From assembly GCA_951406725.2 (NCBI GenBank), contig OX597828.1:4030001-4094000 (forward strand): a DNA stretch of 64,000 nt. Reading direction: 5' to 3'. The stretch is from Octopus vulgaris (lineage: Eukaryota). The position numbers and the translations under genes were made by a program. Position 1 is the first letter of the stretch; the number at the start of each line of letters is the position of its first letter. Shown piece by piece: positions 39,292 to 53,300 of this stretch. Under the pieces are notes generated by a model that was not told the origin of the DNA, did no database searches, and saw only the letters and a list, made by a program, of their open reading frames with translations.

Positions 39292-40240
39292 CCTTGATTC
39301 GGATTTGGGAACACTGAAAGTGGGAGCATACCCTTTTGGCTTCTTATCACCTCTAGAATTCTGCTCGAACTAAAAGTGCTTTCAAATTCAAAATATGCAA
39401 GCGAAGAATTTCTGCTCTCCCCTTTCCACCAGCGTGGGTTGAAATTGATAAACACTATGTTTTATCGGTGAAAACCGGAGCATTAAACAGAGAGAAATGA
39501 ATTATAATTTCAACAATTGAGGGTAAAATTAATTAATTATTAATCAATTTCACCAAGTATTCAGTATGTAAAGGGACCATTTTAGGCGAATTCAAAATAT
39601 TACATTATATATAATTCTGCTCGAACTAAAAGTGCTTTCAAATTCAAAATATGCAAGCGAAGAATTTCTGCTCTACCCTTTCCACCAGCGTGGGTTGAAA
39701 TTGATAAACACTATGTTTTATCGGTGAAAACCGGAGCATTAAACAGAGAGAAATGAATTATAATTTCAACAATTGAGGGTGAAATTTGTGAGTTGGTTTG
39801 AGCAAACACTATCTGAGAGAGATCTTCTTTAAGTATTAGAAATGGCTAAAGAAATTTCTTTAGCTGCTATTTCTAATGAGTTCAGTATGTGGCAAAGTAA
39901 TTTATTTTACTAAGCCCTTATATATAATGTAATATTTTGAATTCGCCTAAAATGGTCCCTTTACATACTGAATACTTGGTGAAATTGATTAATAATTAAT
40001 TAATTTTACCCTCAATTGTTGAAATTATAATTCATTTCTCTCTGTTTAATGCTCCGGTTTTCACCGATAAAACATAGTGTTTATCAATTTCAACCCACGC
40101 TGGTGGAAAGGGGAGAGCAGAAATTCTTCGCTTGCATATTTTGAATTTGAAAGCACTTTTAGTTCGAGCAGAATTCTAGAGGTGATAAGAAGCCAAAAGG
40201 GTATGCTCCCACTTTCAGTGTTCCCAAATCCGAATCAAGG

Positions 40241-40304
40241 AGTTCTGAGCTGACGAAAGAAATGTCGATTTGACTAATCTAGAAACGTACGTTCTCAAAT
40301 AACT
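40241..40304 (+). ncRNA. Type I hammerhead ribozyme motif
   Basis: TGAG-CTGACGA-(AGA..GTC GATTT GAC..TCT)-GAAA-CGTACG-TT-CTCA: canonical CUGANGA/GAAA core, palindromic stem III, GUU site; the base of stem II is imperfect. Confidence 0.65.
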
Positions 40305-40475
40305 GTTGCACTTGATTTTTTAATGTTTTTTCCCCCATACCTTTGTGAGTTGGTTTGAGCAAACACTATCTGAGAGAGATCTTCTTTAAGTATTAGAAAT
40401 GGCTAAAGAAATTTCTTTAGCTGCTATTTCTAATGAGTTCAGTATGTGGCAAAGTAATTTATTTTACTAAGCCCT

Positions 40476-40580
<105 letters not shown>

Positions 40581-41227
40581 CATATATACGTATACACATC
40601 TTCAACAGTAAATTTGTTTATATGTATCTGAAACTGTACATGTGCATGGTTTGGTTAAATACCTGTTATATGTATATGTGTGCCCGTATATATGTGTGTG
40701 TTCGTTTGAGTGTGTGTGTCTGCTTGTATGTGTTTCTGTGTGTGTATGTATGTGTTTGTGCCTAACTCATATATCTTTTTTATTTTTGCTGTAATATCAT
40801 ATTTGCACATTCTTCTTTCACCCCAGCTACATACAGTGTTATGTATTACTGACTAAATGTAAACTGTTCATCCATATGTAAACTTTGTATTATTTAATTC
40901 GTTGCCTGAAGAATTTCTAACAGGAAATTCCTTATACGCCTATCTACACTAATTAGTGTGAAATTTTGCCTGCGTTTAGTGTTTAGGATTTCTTGTTGGC
41001 TGTATGATATTTAGGCTTCAGTGATACAGAGTTCGAATTTGGTACCCCGTCTTCTGTATTCTTATCCAAATTGGAGGCGAACGCCATTCTTCCATGTGAT
41101 CAGCTTGAAAATTGTTAAGATATAAAGATATTTTTCGATCTCGCATAACATGAAACCAATTGTAACCTTACTAGCTTAATAGGCAAAATAAAGAAATACT
41201 ATCCAGCAATTGGTGCTTCACCGTTCG

Positions 41228-41259
<32 letters not shown>

Positions 41260-43177
41260 GCGCAGAGACACACACACACGCATACATACACACGCATACA
41301 CGCATACATACACACACATACATATACATATATTTATTTTAAATGAGCTATTAAATGTACTATATGTAAGTGTGGCCGAATCTTTAGTAAATTCATTGTA
41401 AAGTTTGATAGTCGGGATCGATCCAATTCAGTGGAGACATCGGCTACTGTCCTTTAATATTGTCTCGTATCGACACAATTCTGATGAGCGAAATTTGCTA
41501 CACTTATTAATTGTACCTGTAAACCAAAATTGCAACGATGGTCGTGCCTTAGAATTCCATGAAGAAGTCACGTGTGTGGGAGATGATAAGTGATTTTGAT
41601 GCAAAATTAATGAGAAAGCAGTTTAGTTTATCGAACAACTGTTTATTCATTATCAAAATCAACAGTAATTTATATACCTTTTACTTGTATGGAACTCCAC
41701 ATGTTAGTATATAAGCGTATCAAAGTGCACTACCCTCAGTAGAATATTCTAATATTATTACTTTTCGTGAACTTATAAAATGTCTGTTTTATCTTTTGCT
41801 CGTTTCTGTCCGAATTAAACAGTAACCACTCCATTTATCATCATCTGCTAAATATTTGTCTGTCAGTAAGTGAAGTTGTAAATTTGTAATAAACCTAGCA
41901 TATTTTCTTTGTTTTATATTTGATATCCCTTCTTTTTGTTTGTTTGCGTAAGATAGCCGTAACAACACATATCAATCTTCATCTGATTCGGTGTGTACTA
42001 TCATCTAGTCATTACTTGAAACAGATGGAATATGCCTGAACACAGGTCCATAAAAATCTCTCAACTATGTTGATCATAGAATTTATTTACGTATCCCGTC
42101 TTATAATATTACTCTGGTCGAGCAAGATGAATGAATTCTTCCTAAAAGTTTGGGATATCTATCATCTCTTGATGATGTATAAATTTATCTCTTACTTCGC
42201 CAGTTTCTGATCGACTTAAATACTAATCAGTCATCATAAAAGCAACTGATGTACATTATGCATTTTAATATGCCTTCGGTTCAACAGCAGCTGAGAAGGC
42301 GAATAGTTACGTAAAATCTTGATATCCTATGAGTTGGGATGTTGTTGAAATTATTTATTTAATTTCATGAGTTATATTTCTCGTCCATTGTACACGTTTG
42401 CTTGATTTAGATATATATACATTTATGGATTGACTATCTATCAATGAGCAATCTCAGTGATAAACTATCTCGCTTAAATCAGTCAAGATACTACGTCTTT
42501 GGTTCATGTAATTGTATTTACAATATGTGAATTACAACTGCATTAAAGCTACTTACTTTCAATACGTAAATGTACTTGCAGGTGTATTTATAGATTTAAA
42601 CCATCGTTATAGTTATTGATCTTGCTGACAAAGCATGTTATAATATGTAGAATCGGTCTATGCAATTTGCCTAAGCGCTTGTAAACGCTTAATAAGAATA
42701 TATCTTTCAATATTTCAAGACGGTGTTGAACACACTGATAATGTGGATCTCTCTTTTTCTGTCCCTAAATATATAAAGACAAAATGTTTAAATACATCTG
42801 TTATATAAATTGTTGTTTAAAATCAATAACCATTCTCTATAATATATATCGAATGAAGAAGCTAAAACCGTGTTAGCATATCACTAATCGATTCGGGCGC
42901 TAATACCGCTCTGAAATACGTAATAGTATTGGATTTATTTCAGCCCATAACATAAAATTGGATTTATGAGGAATGCCGCGGAGGGGAGTTGAAGAGAGTA
43001 CTCAACCAGCAATGAAAGTCCAACAACGGAGTGATAGGAGTTTGGATTTTGCATCTCTTAGTCCAGGTCAAAACCGTACTGTTAATGAAAATTAGATTTC
43101 TCACACCTCATTTCTATATGCGGTGTTTGGTAAATCTACATATCTCTTCCTCCCTTTCTCTCTTCTCTCTCTCCCTC

Positions 43178-43216
<39 letters not shown>

Positions 43217-46200
43217 GAATTTTCATACATTCGCACACACATATATGTATAGGTCTACTCACACGCACACATATATGTGTGTGTGTGTGTGCGCTTGTGT
43301 GTGAGTGTTAGTGTGTGTGCGCATGTGTGTAGTGCATAACAGCATTTCAAATCTTTTTATGTTGTCCTATTACACAATGTCAACGATTTATTTAAATTAT
43401 TCGTAGTGAACAAACGCAACGTAAACGTAGATTTGTGTACTCTCTGTCACATTACGCTTCTGTATGTTTAGCTATAGGTTAAGAAATTTAGGTTAAGTTT
43501 TCATTTAGTTGAAGGGATCCAAACGAGTCAAAGCATACGAAGAAATATCCATTATATTAGCCTAGGAAGTTAAATGATTAATCATCAGCTAATATTTTAT
43601 CGCATTTTTTACCTTTTTGTAAATTTTTCATGCTCTAAGATTTTAATATGATGCCATCTACAGAGTGCCGTGTGGCTTATTATGCAACAATAGATTTCCA
43701 AGCAAATCTCCTTATTCTTGTTTTGGAAATTTTCAAAATCCTAGTCAGTGTGTTTTTCACGTTCTTTCTTCAGTGAAATGATTTTTTTCTATTCTCTATA
43801 GGATGTCACTGAAATTTGCAACCTTGTAGACATCTACAAGCGAAAAAATTCCCTTTGCGTAAGATTATGCAGGTCGTTGGGATGATATTCTCCACGAGAA
43901 GCAAGGATATGGGATTAGTTTCGGAAGGAATTAGCGTCGTCAATACTAAACTTTGTAGCGTAATTTATTATTTTGTTTTGCACATAGCAAGAAAATACAC
44001 TAAATACTCCAAGGACAAGATTTCATAATATAAACGGCAATTCTTCTTACTAACATCACTATCACCAATGAACCTGGGAAGTATTATATATACGACAATA
44101 TCTAAACAGGCCTCCGAAGGAAGCATATTTCTCTTTCATTGCTGTTTCTTTGGATAGGTTCCTATTTCCAAAGGAGAAAAGATAACGGGTATTTTTACAT
44201 TATTTTTTTTTTCATATTTTTGCAATTCAAATGGTGTTACTTATAAGCGAAACAATTTCAGCTTATACAAAAGTACTTAATAAATCAGATTTATCATCGG
44301 TAAAGATCAATTATTATACCAGCCCCGGTGAAATTTGAACACCCAACTTAGAACTCTCGTGTGTCCTGACGTGAATTGTAGATTATTTAAAATATTTACC
44401 GATTTACATTGAGCAAAGATGATAAAAGTGGCGCACTCGAGCAAATTGAAACAACTAAATAATAGAAATGATGAAAGTAGAGGAGGGCCTTAGCATAGTT
44501 TTCATTCTTATTAAGTGAAAGTCCAAATTGGAAAAGCGTAATGTACTAATATTTCATTTGAAGATACTATAATTTTCTTCCTTCTATTTGTGGAATTAGT
44601 TTGTATTGTCCATAAACAATGTTATTATAAATAGTTGAACATAATCATGACCGCCGAAGAGACGCTATGAAGATATACGTGTTATCGAATGTATCTTACT
44701 CCAAACGAAATGAAATATATTTTCGCAAGCGCTAATGGTGATAATAATAACTGTAAAGCAGATGTCATAACAACTCTTAGACGTTGTTATGACACCTTCT
44801 TTAGGTATGTTAACATTTTTTTTATCAGTGGAACATATTTAGAATTTATTAGTGCACCGCTTGTGACAATGAAAATTATGAGAATAATTTTAGATATGTA
44901 TTTTCCAAGGAAATCTTAGAAGTAACGTTCCATTGCATAATAAAATCCAGCTTTTTTCATTTTGAATTTTTCCATGAATAAATGTAAAATTGAACGAAAT
45001 TGTAATGGAAATATTTTTATATGCTTGCATTATTGCAATACTTGCGAGACATTATGAAGGAAAATTGCATAACAAAATCAAAGAGACAGAACAATATTTT
45101 CGCGTGTTGGAATTACTACAGTATTTTGAAAATATCATATATAAATATCCCATGCTAAATGTAATATATAAAAATGCTTGACTTAGATGAGGGTACCAGA
45201 ATTTTATTCAATACTTCAAGAATGAATAGAAAAAATATTTCTATACGATCTGTGACGACAGACTACAGCAAGAATTTACCTTATTAGAGAAGTATCAGAC
45301 TTCACCAGTGAAGGTAAAATGCATAAAGCAACGTAATCCAAATGATCAATAGATAGGAAATCTTTCTGTGTTCGTTCGACATGTTAAAAATAACAATCAA
45401 ATCGTCTTCAATTTATACTATACTGACTTATAACAGATTGGATATTATCTACAATGTCTGAAATTGCGATGAGCTAGTTCAATAATAAATTAACTCAATC
45501 AGTGTGGACTTCAATGTGAACAGCAACACCCTTCTAGGAAAAATATTTAATATTCCATTTTATTACAGAATACCACCATAATACCATTCATTTGAAATTA
45601 AGACCTTATTAAGGAAAGCAACGTCACTCATATAAATGCCATTTTAAAGCCGTCTTTGTAATATAAATCATCATCTGGTCAAACATGTTATTTTTGGCGT
45701 GACTTGAGTCCCACGTCATAATTCCACATAGTTTTAGGTAGATCAGCCGGCTATGCAAAGTTTTCATTCTCATGCAAAGTTGAAGAATGACAAAGGTATA
45801 AGTTCTGCTAGTAACGAACTATTAGCATCAGACGAATTTCCAAGTGCAATGCGCTCAACATTATTCTTTACTTGATAAAAGACTGCAGCACTTTCAAGAA
45901 AGTGAAATACGTGATGCTCTGCAAATTAAATAGCAACAACATCTCACCTGCCTCCAGCTTCCACAGATTCTTTAATCATATTACATACCTGAGCATTATC
46001 AATCTTTCCACACTGAGATTTCCATTCAGTGTGATTTGGTAGCAAATTTTATCTGCTTTTAAACGTTTTTTTCTTCCTTCATGAAATATAACCATCAAAC
46101 TCTCTGATCTAAAGAGATAGTAAAAATCAAATCAGGAAAAGCATTACGGTCGATGGTTTATTATTAATATAACCAGGGATATATTGGTTAACTGGAACTT

Positions 46201-46543
46201 TGGATAGATCTGTCAAGAATAAAATTGGCCTGCATGATTCTTATTACTCATCTCTCGACAAGCGCTACACTACTTTTGAAGACCCTAGTCAGAACCTCTC
46301 GAACAAGAAGGATTAACAAATAAAGGATATTATAACATAAGACAAATGGAATACTAGGTGGGAAAAACAGAAATATGGAATGAATCAACGTAAATAACGA
46401 ACAAAATACACCAAGTTATTTCTGAAAAAGGCGATATTAAAATCATCAGATTTATCGTCAAACTTGTCTCGATAACAGACACACAGGCACACACACACAC
46501 GTGCGCGCGCAAATACACACACAGAGACACACACACACACAGA

Positions 46544-46595
<52 letters not shown>

Positions 46596-46659
46596 AAAAC
46601 ATACGCACATATGTATATATAAATATATATATAACCTCTTAAAGCGAACTCTGCTTTAA

Positions 46660-47075
46660 AATGTTTTAGTCGAATAAATCAACCCCAGAGTTTATTCATT
46701 GCAAACCTAGTAGAAGGCGGCGAGCGGGCAGAAACGTTAGCACGCCGGTCGAAATGCCTAGCGGTATTTCGTCTACCGTTACGTTCTGATTTCAAATTCC
46801 ACCGAGGTCGACTTTGCCTTTCATCCTTTCGGGGTCGATTGATTAAGTACCAGTTGCGTACATATCTGAATTCCCCAATCGAGTAGAAAGGATTATAATC
46901 CTAGTACTTATACTATCGGTTTTCTCCGCTGACCGTTAAGTTACAGAGACGTAATCACACCAACATCGGTTATCAAGTGATAGTGGCGGGACAGACACAA
47001 ACACAATGATACAAACACGCACACACACACACACATACACACACACGCGCACACACGCACGCACACACGCACACA

Positions 47076-47147
<72 letters not shown>

Positions 47148-47295
47148 CGACGGACATCATTCAGCTTCCGTCTGCCAAATCCACTCACATGGCTGTGATT
47201 GGCCCGAGGCTATACGAGCAGACACTTGCCGAATGTTTCACGCAGTGGGACTTGATCCCAATTGGGAAGCTAGCTTCTTATCACACAGCCATGCA
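46660..47295 (-). mobile_element. tRNA-derived SINE (family S3) with internal (TG)n, interrupted by a nested S1 SINE
   Basis: Minus strand has TGGCTGTGTGATAAG (A box-like), GGATCAAGTCCC (B box-like), GGCAAGTGTC and GTGAGTGGATTTGG, an internal microsatellite and a tail ATAAGTACTAGG. Confidence 0.7.
46713..46899 (+). mobile_element. tRNA-derived SINE (family S1) with 7-bp TSD
   Basis: GGCGGCGAGCGGGCAGAAACGTTAGC...TTCAAATTCC...GTCGACTTTGCCTTTCATCC; CCTAGTA at 46706-46712 and 46900-46906. Confidence 0.8.
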
Positions 47296-47499
47296 TGCGT
47301 GTATGCATGTATGTCATTTTTCAGGTTAATTTCACGATTTCTTGCCAATAGGGAAAGGGTTGGTTTGTAACCCAGATTAAAGACACCTTCATTGGAATTT
47401 CAACATCAACAATCGGGTATTTTCGTTTGTTTGTATGTATGTATATGTGCAGATTTGTGTCTTTCGCTCTATGTATGTATTCTCATGCATATAGTTACA

Positions 47500-48205
47500 C
47501 ATCTATACTTGGTCATATATACCGAAATGACAAAATTCTGTAAAGTTTTACAGATTTTTAGCGTCCCAGTGATGGATTGGATCTATAGACTTCAAATTAG
47601 CTGTTCTCTTCTAGTTTTGAGAAGGTTAATTTCTCAACATTGGTATTTAGGCAGTGTGTTACATATCTCAGTTCACCGATAATTACAGGTATAAACCTGC
47701 GCTTGTAATTTGGATAGAGTAACTGCAAATTTCTCAATAGTTCAGCGTAAGTGTTCGGTTTTTCACTGATTTTCAGGCTTACGTTAACATACGCTGGGCA
47801 GCTAATTTCCACAACTGTGCACAGATTTTCTTCTCTGTCTTAAATCATTGTATCAAGTCTCTTGTGCTTACATTTTGTTGAGGTCCTCACTAGGACCTTT
47901 TATATTACTCCTTTTTTATTATGAGTGGCTGTGGCTTCTACCATACTGTAGGTTCTTATTTCTTTGTCCTCGGGTTTATCCTTCTGATGGATTTCCTTAT
48001 AAATTATTCTAGCTAAAATATCGTGACTCATCGGTAGATAATACCTTGATGACATTTTCGGACAACTGCTTATGATGTGGGTGATATCTTCAGTATCTTG
48101 TCCAGAAAGTCTGCATTTGCTGTCACATTTTACTGCTATTCCTGCATCTCAATCTGTTTTATGCATCAGGTACTTGGTTGATATTTCCTGTTCCTGGACT
48201 GTGTG
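47500..48205 (-). mobile_element. Decayed 3' part of an RLE non-LTR element
   Basis: Minus strand has KCRL....EDITHIISSC, a PD-like region and ORF 47597-47812 (EISCP....K..EK..TY...IPVIIG). Confidence 0.8.
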
Positions 48206-49149
48206 CCACTATCTACCGATTTTAAGAATTCACTGCCAAGAAATAGTTCAGTCTGTTTCACTATGTTCCAGAATCCTGAAGCGTTGCTGAAACCACTCTT
48301 ATGAATATAGAACGTAGAAAACTGAATAACCGATTAACGCGTCGCTTATGCTTATGATCATGATTTTCAGCAACAACATAGGCATCACTGCCAATACGAA
48401 CAGAAATATTAATAGCAATAAAGAAAAAAAGATTCGAAATAATGATAACAAAAGAAAAGGAAAAAAATCAAAAAGCCATGTTAAAAATAGTGATGTAGTA
48501 TAACATTATGCTGTTTTTGCTATCTTACTATGATAATACGTTTTATTACATCTTAATATTCAGGGCGATTGATCGAAATTGGCTTAGGAGAAACATGAGA
48601 AATCTAAATCGGAGTATTGCATTTATAATAACGCTCTAATCAGTATTAGCTTGCTTAGCTTGTTAAGGTCGCGTGCTTCGGAAATTTCTGGAAATCCGAT
48701 AAGTGGAATTAGTCTAATGACTGTCTCTCTAATTGTAATGAAGTAGAATTGATGTAAATCATGTTAGCGTCATTACAAACGATTCCTATGTATTTCGTTA
48801 CTCTTTCCTATGTTTATTCAATATTGCAGACATTTCACTTCCTATTTCTTTTCTTTTTTCATAGTTTTCTATTTATTGTATTTTTCTGATAAAGATATTG
48901 CATTTTCGTGATTTAGTGCGATTCCAATTTTTATTGAAGGAAAGCCTTAGAATGAAGCCAGGCCAGCAAATTGCAGTCAGTTATTTTATCGATCCCAGAA
49001 AGATAAATAGCTCTGTCAAATTTAGTGATACTAGAAAAGGTATTAACTCTACAGAATGAACTAGATTGATATTCGCATATAGTTCAGCTTATATTATTAA
49101 TTAAACGCCTCTGTGGATCAGGTGTAGCGTATACATATATACATATATA

Positions 49150-49160
49150 CACCTATCTAC

Positions 49161-49250
<90 letters not shown>

Positions 49251-49275
49251 GTCTATCTATCTATCTATCTATATC
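49150..49275. repeat. (TATC)n microsatellite
   Basis: Direct reading. Confidence 0.95.
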
Positions 49276-50239
49276 TATATATATATATATAGATACATAT
49301 GTGTATATATATATATGCACACAAACGCACACACATGCATACACAAACATACATATACACACACATAGACAAACTGACTTATAATTTTCGGATTGCATTG
49401 GTGTTTTAAATATTTGAATATTAATAATACTGGACACCCGTCTGCTTTTTTTCTTTTAGCTACGATATGCTTTTACGTGTCTATGGAGTGCATATCATTC
49501 GAATTTCTGTTTATTTACTCTTAAATATACATAAGTTACTTGAAACCTCTGGTAGCTACATTCCTATCTTTTTGATGTTTACACAAGAACCAAGTTACGC
49601 ATACACTTTCTCATTAATATTCTTACACGGATATATTATACTATGAGTTCTTCGATATCTTTTCATGGAATAAAAAGGTCATCAGATCCAAAAGTACACT
49701 CAGCGATAAGATTCGATTTTTAAGATAGCGCGCATTTAATTATAAACTGGCAACGCAGCAGATTTGAGAATATAAATTTTAAGGGTTAAAATCTGATGTG
49801 TTATTTTAAAGAATCATTTTAATGTTTTGTTTTCTTTTAAATAACTATTAGTTCTCTTAAATATTTTGGGAATTCTCTGAATTCTTACACACAAAGAGGA
49901 ACAAACAGTCATATGTATATGATTATATGTATGGTTTTATAGTAGTTAAGCGAAGAAAGGATTGTCATGATATACTTTTGCATCTAAGGCATGTCTCTTA
50001 AAGTTAAACATTTCAAGTATCCTCTGAGAGGTAAGCTTGGAAACGCAGTCCGAAAAGCAGTATAAGATTTGTTCATATGGTTCGGGAATATTTCTGCCGC
50101 AGAACTTATGTCATTCTGTGCTCGCTCTCACCTTCGGAATATCAGTGACACTCGTACAATTGCTGTGAACAAACTGCTAAAATTTGGGTAGATATGGAAA
50201 ACTACAAGTGACATTCTTGTGAAATGAAGAACATCTTGC

Positions 50240-50700
50240 CATAAAGACTGTATATTTTTATTTCCAAAGAAATGGCTCAGAGGAGATTATAGAGCGTGGT
50301 TTTAACCTTGTTGGATGAACATCACTGCTAAAGGTGGTGAGGTTCAACGCTACATGGACTGGGCAGATTTTCTCACTTCGATTCCAAACTCCGATGAACC
50401 TGTCACTTTGTCAGTGTATATTTTCTAATCCATTACTGTACACAAGGTACTAAAGACAAATTCTATGACCAACTCTCAAGGAAGATTCAGCAGATTACAA
50501 TCCAGAAAAAGGTACTGTTGATGGTCGTTTCCACTCAGACTGGAACTAATAAAGGATTAAAAAGAGAAGAGGATAAGGTTAAAAACAATCGAGAAAGAGC
50601 ACTGTGCCAAGGCTACCAGACAGGCCCTACAGCGAAGTACTCATAAGTAGGCCTCTCTATAAATGACATACACGTTGTTCTGCTGAGACCGAAGTAAGTT
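50240..50700 (+). mobile_element. Heavily deleted RTE relic
   Basis: PVTLSVY...TKDKFYDQLSRKI (APE-domain-like) followed directly by RTE C-terminal-like sequence. Confidence 0.45.
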
Positions 50701-51003
50701 TTTTCAGGCGCAGATTTCTTGTCTCATAGGACTAGGGAAGCCTTCTCATGTATGTATGTATGTATGCATGCATGCATGTATGTATTTATGCATGCATGCA
50801 TGTATGTATGTATATATGTGTGTATGTATGTATGTATGTATGTATGTGTGTGTATGTATGTATGTATATATATATATATATATATATGTATTTATGTATG
50901 TTTATAATCATTTGTCTGCTCGCGTGTGTGTGTACATGTATGAATATATGTACAGTAACACATACATTTACATACATGCATGCACAGATACATATAGAGA
51001 TAC

Positions 51004-51037
<34 letters not shown>

Positions 51038-51068
51038 GTATTTACATACACGCACACACACATACATA

Positions 51069-51104
<36 letters not shown>

Positions 51105-52626
51105 TATATATAACGAATAACGATACATGTTGCCATAAAAAAAGAAATTGGAATTTAAAAATACTTTATTGCAATAATTTTCTGTGAATGTCATTTTCTG
51201 AAAACACAATGGCTTTTGCTGTGTCTTCAAGCAAATTATAGATGAAAGGCGTATATTAGACGAAATTGAAAGATTTTGAAAATTTGTTTCAGCCAACACA
51301 ATGAGCACAATAACCGAAATGTAACTTTAATATATTGATATTCGATATTTTGCTTTCTATGGCCTTTATTTTCAATAAACTTAGATATACACAGAAAGAC
51401 ATATTCATATGAGAGACTTATGCTCCAAACTATTATGCATTTGTATCCTCTAGTAAGAGAAGAATCAAATGTATGATAGACTGGCGCTATTAATTCATTT
51501 AAAGTTCATATACACTTTTTCGCTGCTGTCTTATATCCTTCATCATCAAAATGTCTGCGGGTGCTGCACGTAGAAAATCAATTGGAAGTATTGAAATAAT
51601 TGAGCGAAAATGTAAAATCATTAATTTTTTATATCAGTATTATGTTGTCATGGTCTGAAGGTTGTGGGCTGTTGTGGTGATGAATGAAAATATGTTTCTT
51701 GGGCTACATATAGAAGTAAGTGAACCATACCCGCGAACATTTAACATAAAATTTTATTATCGCTCATAAAGACAAACCGCGTTGGCATTTTGAAAGTAAG
51801 AACAATAACAGCAATAATTTCCTGCTTTAATGCAGTTTACGGCAAGCTTTTGCTGGGGCAACATGGAACTTGTTCTTCATCACTGAAAACAATTGTGAGA
51901 TGGAGGTGCCTGCCATGTATCTGAGGCATGTGTCTTAGCCGCTTTCCTGGTCGTCTGGCTGGTAAAAATGTGCGCCGAACGGTTTTTAGAAGGAACCAGA
52001 AATCAATTTTGAGAATGTTCGAAAAAATCAATCCACACCATCACATCACGCTGGTTGGTCGGTAAGTAAACTGATCACTTGGAACTCTGATAGTTTTCTC
52101 GTGATATCAGACCGTATATACAAGGATTCCATTTCGAATACCCGCTAAAGATATACACAACTCGGCCACATAAAACTGGATTCCAATCAAAATAATTTCT
52201 CATATATTTGACATGACTTAGTAATATAATATTGAGGCAGTAAACACACAAGGTATATATTCTTTTTTACCTATAGATTTCAACAGGTAAAAAGTATGTA
52301 TGAAATATGACATACTTAGTTGTACTTATTTGATCTTGTGAGGACGAAACTAAATTACCCTTATCATTAATGTAAACTTGTTGTTGAATTATTACGGACA
52401 TATATAATTATAATATGCAACATTATCTAACAAAATATATTTCGATTTTCTATTTGGTTTGCAAGATTCTTTATGTGAATTCGTGTGTTGAAGCATATAT
52501 ATATATGTGCTTGTGTGTACGTTTGTATGTGTGTGTATGTGTGTGTATTTGTGTGTGCTGGTCTGTCCGTATTACGTATGTACATATTTACTTGTCTGTC
52601 TGTTTATTTACATATCCATTTACCTA

Positions 52627-52664
<38 letters not shown>

Positions 52665-52699
52665 TATAAAACAGCCTGCTAACAAGACTATCTATGTAT

Positions 52700-53300
52700 A
52701 TATCAACTGTGGATATTGGGTTATCACTACCTTTTACGTATATCTCGTATCTAGGACGTACTTTTATATTTGTCTGAGTGTTGTGTCTTTCGGGTGCTAG
52801 GTTTAAATGCGGATGTCAAGTTGACCAATGTGCCTCCGTGTTGGTCTTAGGCATGTTGGTAAAGTATGGAGGGCTGTTTATGTTGTCATATTCCCTAAAA
52901 TATGCATTTAGTCTTTCCGCAAGTCTTCTAGATGTCTCACCAATATATGTCATGTTCTCGTATTCACAATCACCCTCTATGCACCTTATACTGTAAACTG
53001 AATTTCTATAGTTAATTCCAGGCTTAATCTTACATCCCATGCAGCTCTCATTAATGCATTTGGTATTCTCAAAGGGGTACACCCGACATAATTTTAATCT
53101 GATGGAGCTCCCTGGATTTTCAACGATCTTAATGTTCAGTTTGGCCTATTTGACAGCTTTCCTAAATTTTCGAGCTAGTTCTCCATAAACATCTCTTATA
53201 GTTCTCTATAAACATCTCTCTTTCAAATTTGTCAGCCTTGTACTATGTTCTGACCATGTTTGCTTTGTCTCAAACTCTCTATATCCTATTCCAGTCTTAG
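52700..53300 (-). mobile_element. PLE fragment encoding GIY-YIG domain
   Basis: ORF 52816-53082: C....C..C linker, then VYSIRC...YIGETSRRLAERL. Confidence 0.8.

Noticed and set aside
40905-40931. CTGAAGA-ATTTC...GAAAT hammerhead-like word pair
   Set aside because: GAAA is sequestered in the hairpin, and no stem I/III or cleavage triplet fits.
41500-46300. Short ORFs in the repeat-poor AT-rich region
   Set aside because: 60-80 aa, no recognisable domains, consistent with random ORFs.
51836-52061. Exon-like segment bounded by TGCAG and GTAAGT
   Set aside because: Stops in all three plus-strand frames; could only be non-coding and is unsupported without RNA data.
52338-52350. GTGAGGACGAAAC, resembling the 3' half of a classic hammerhead
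   Set aside because: No upstream CUGANGA or complementary GUCC strand; probably chance.
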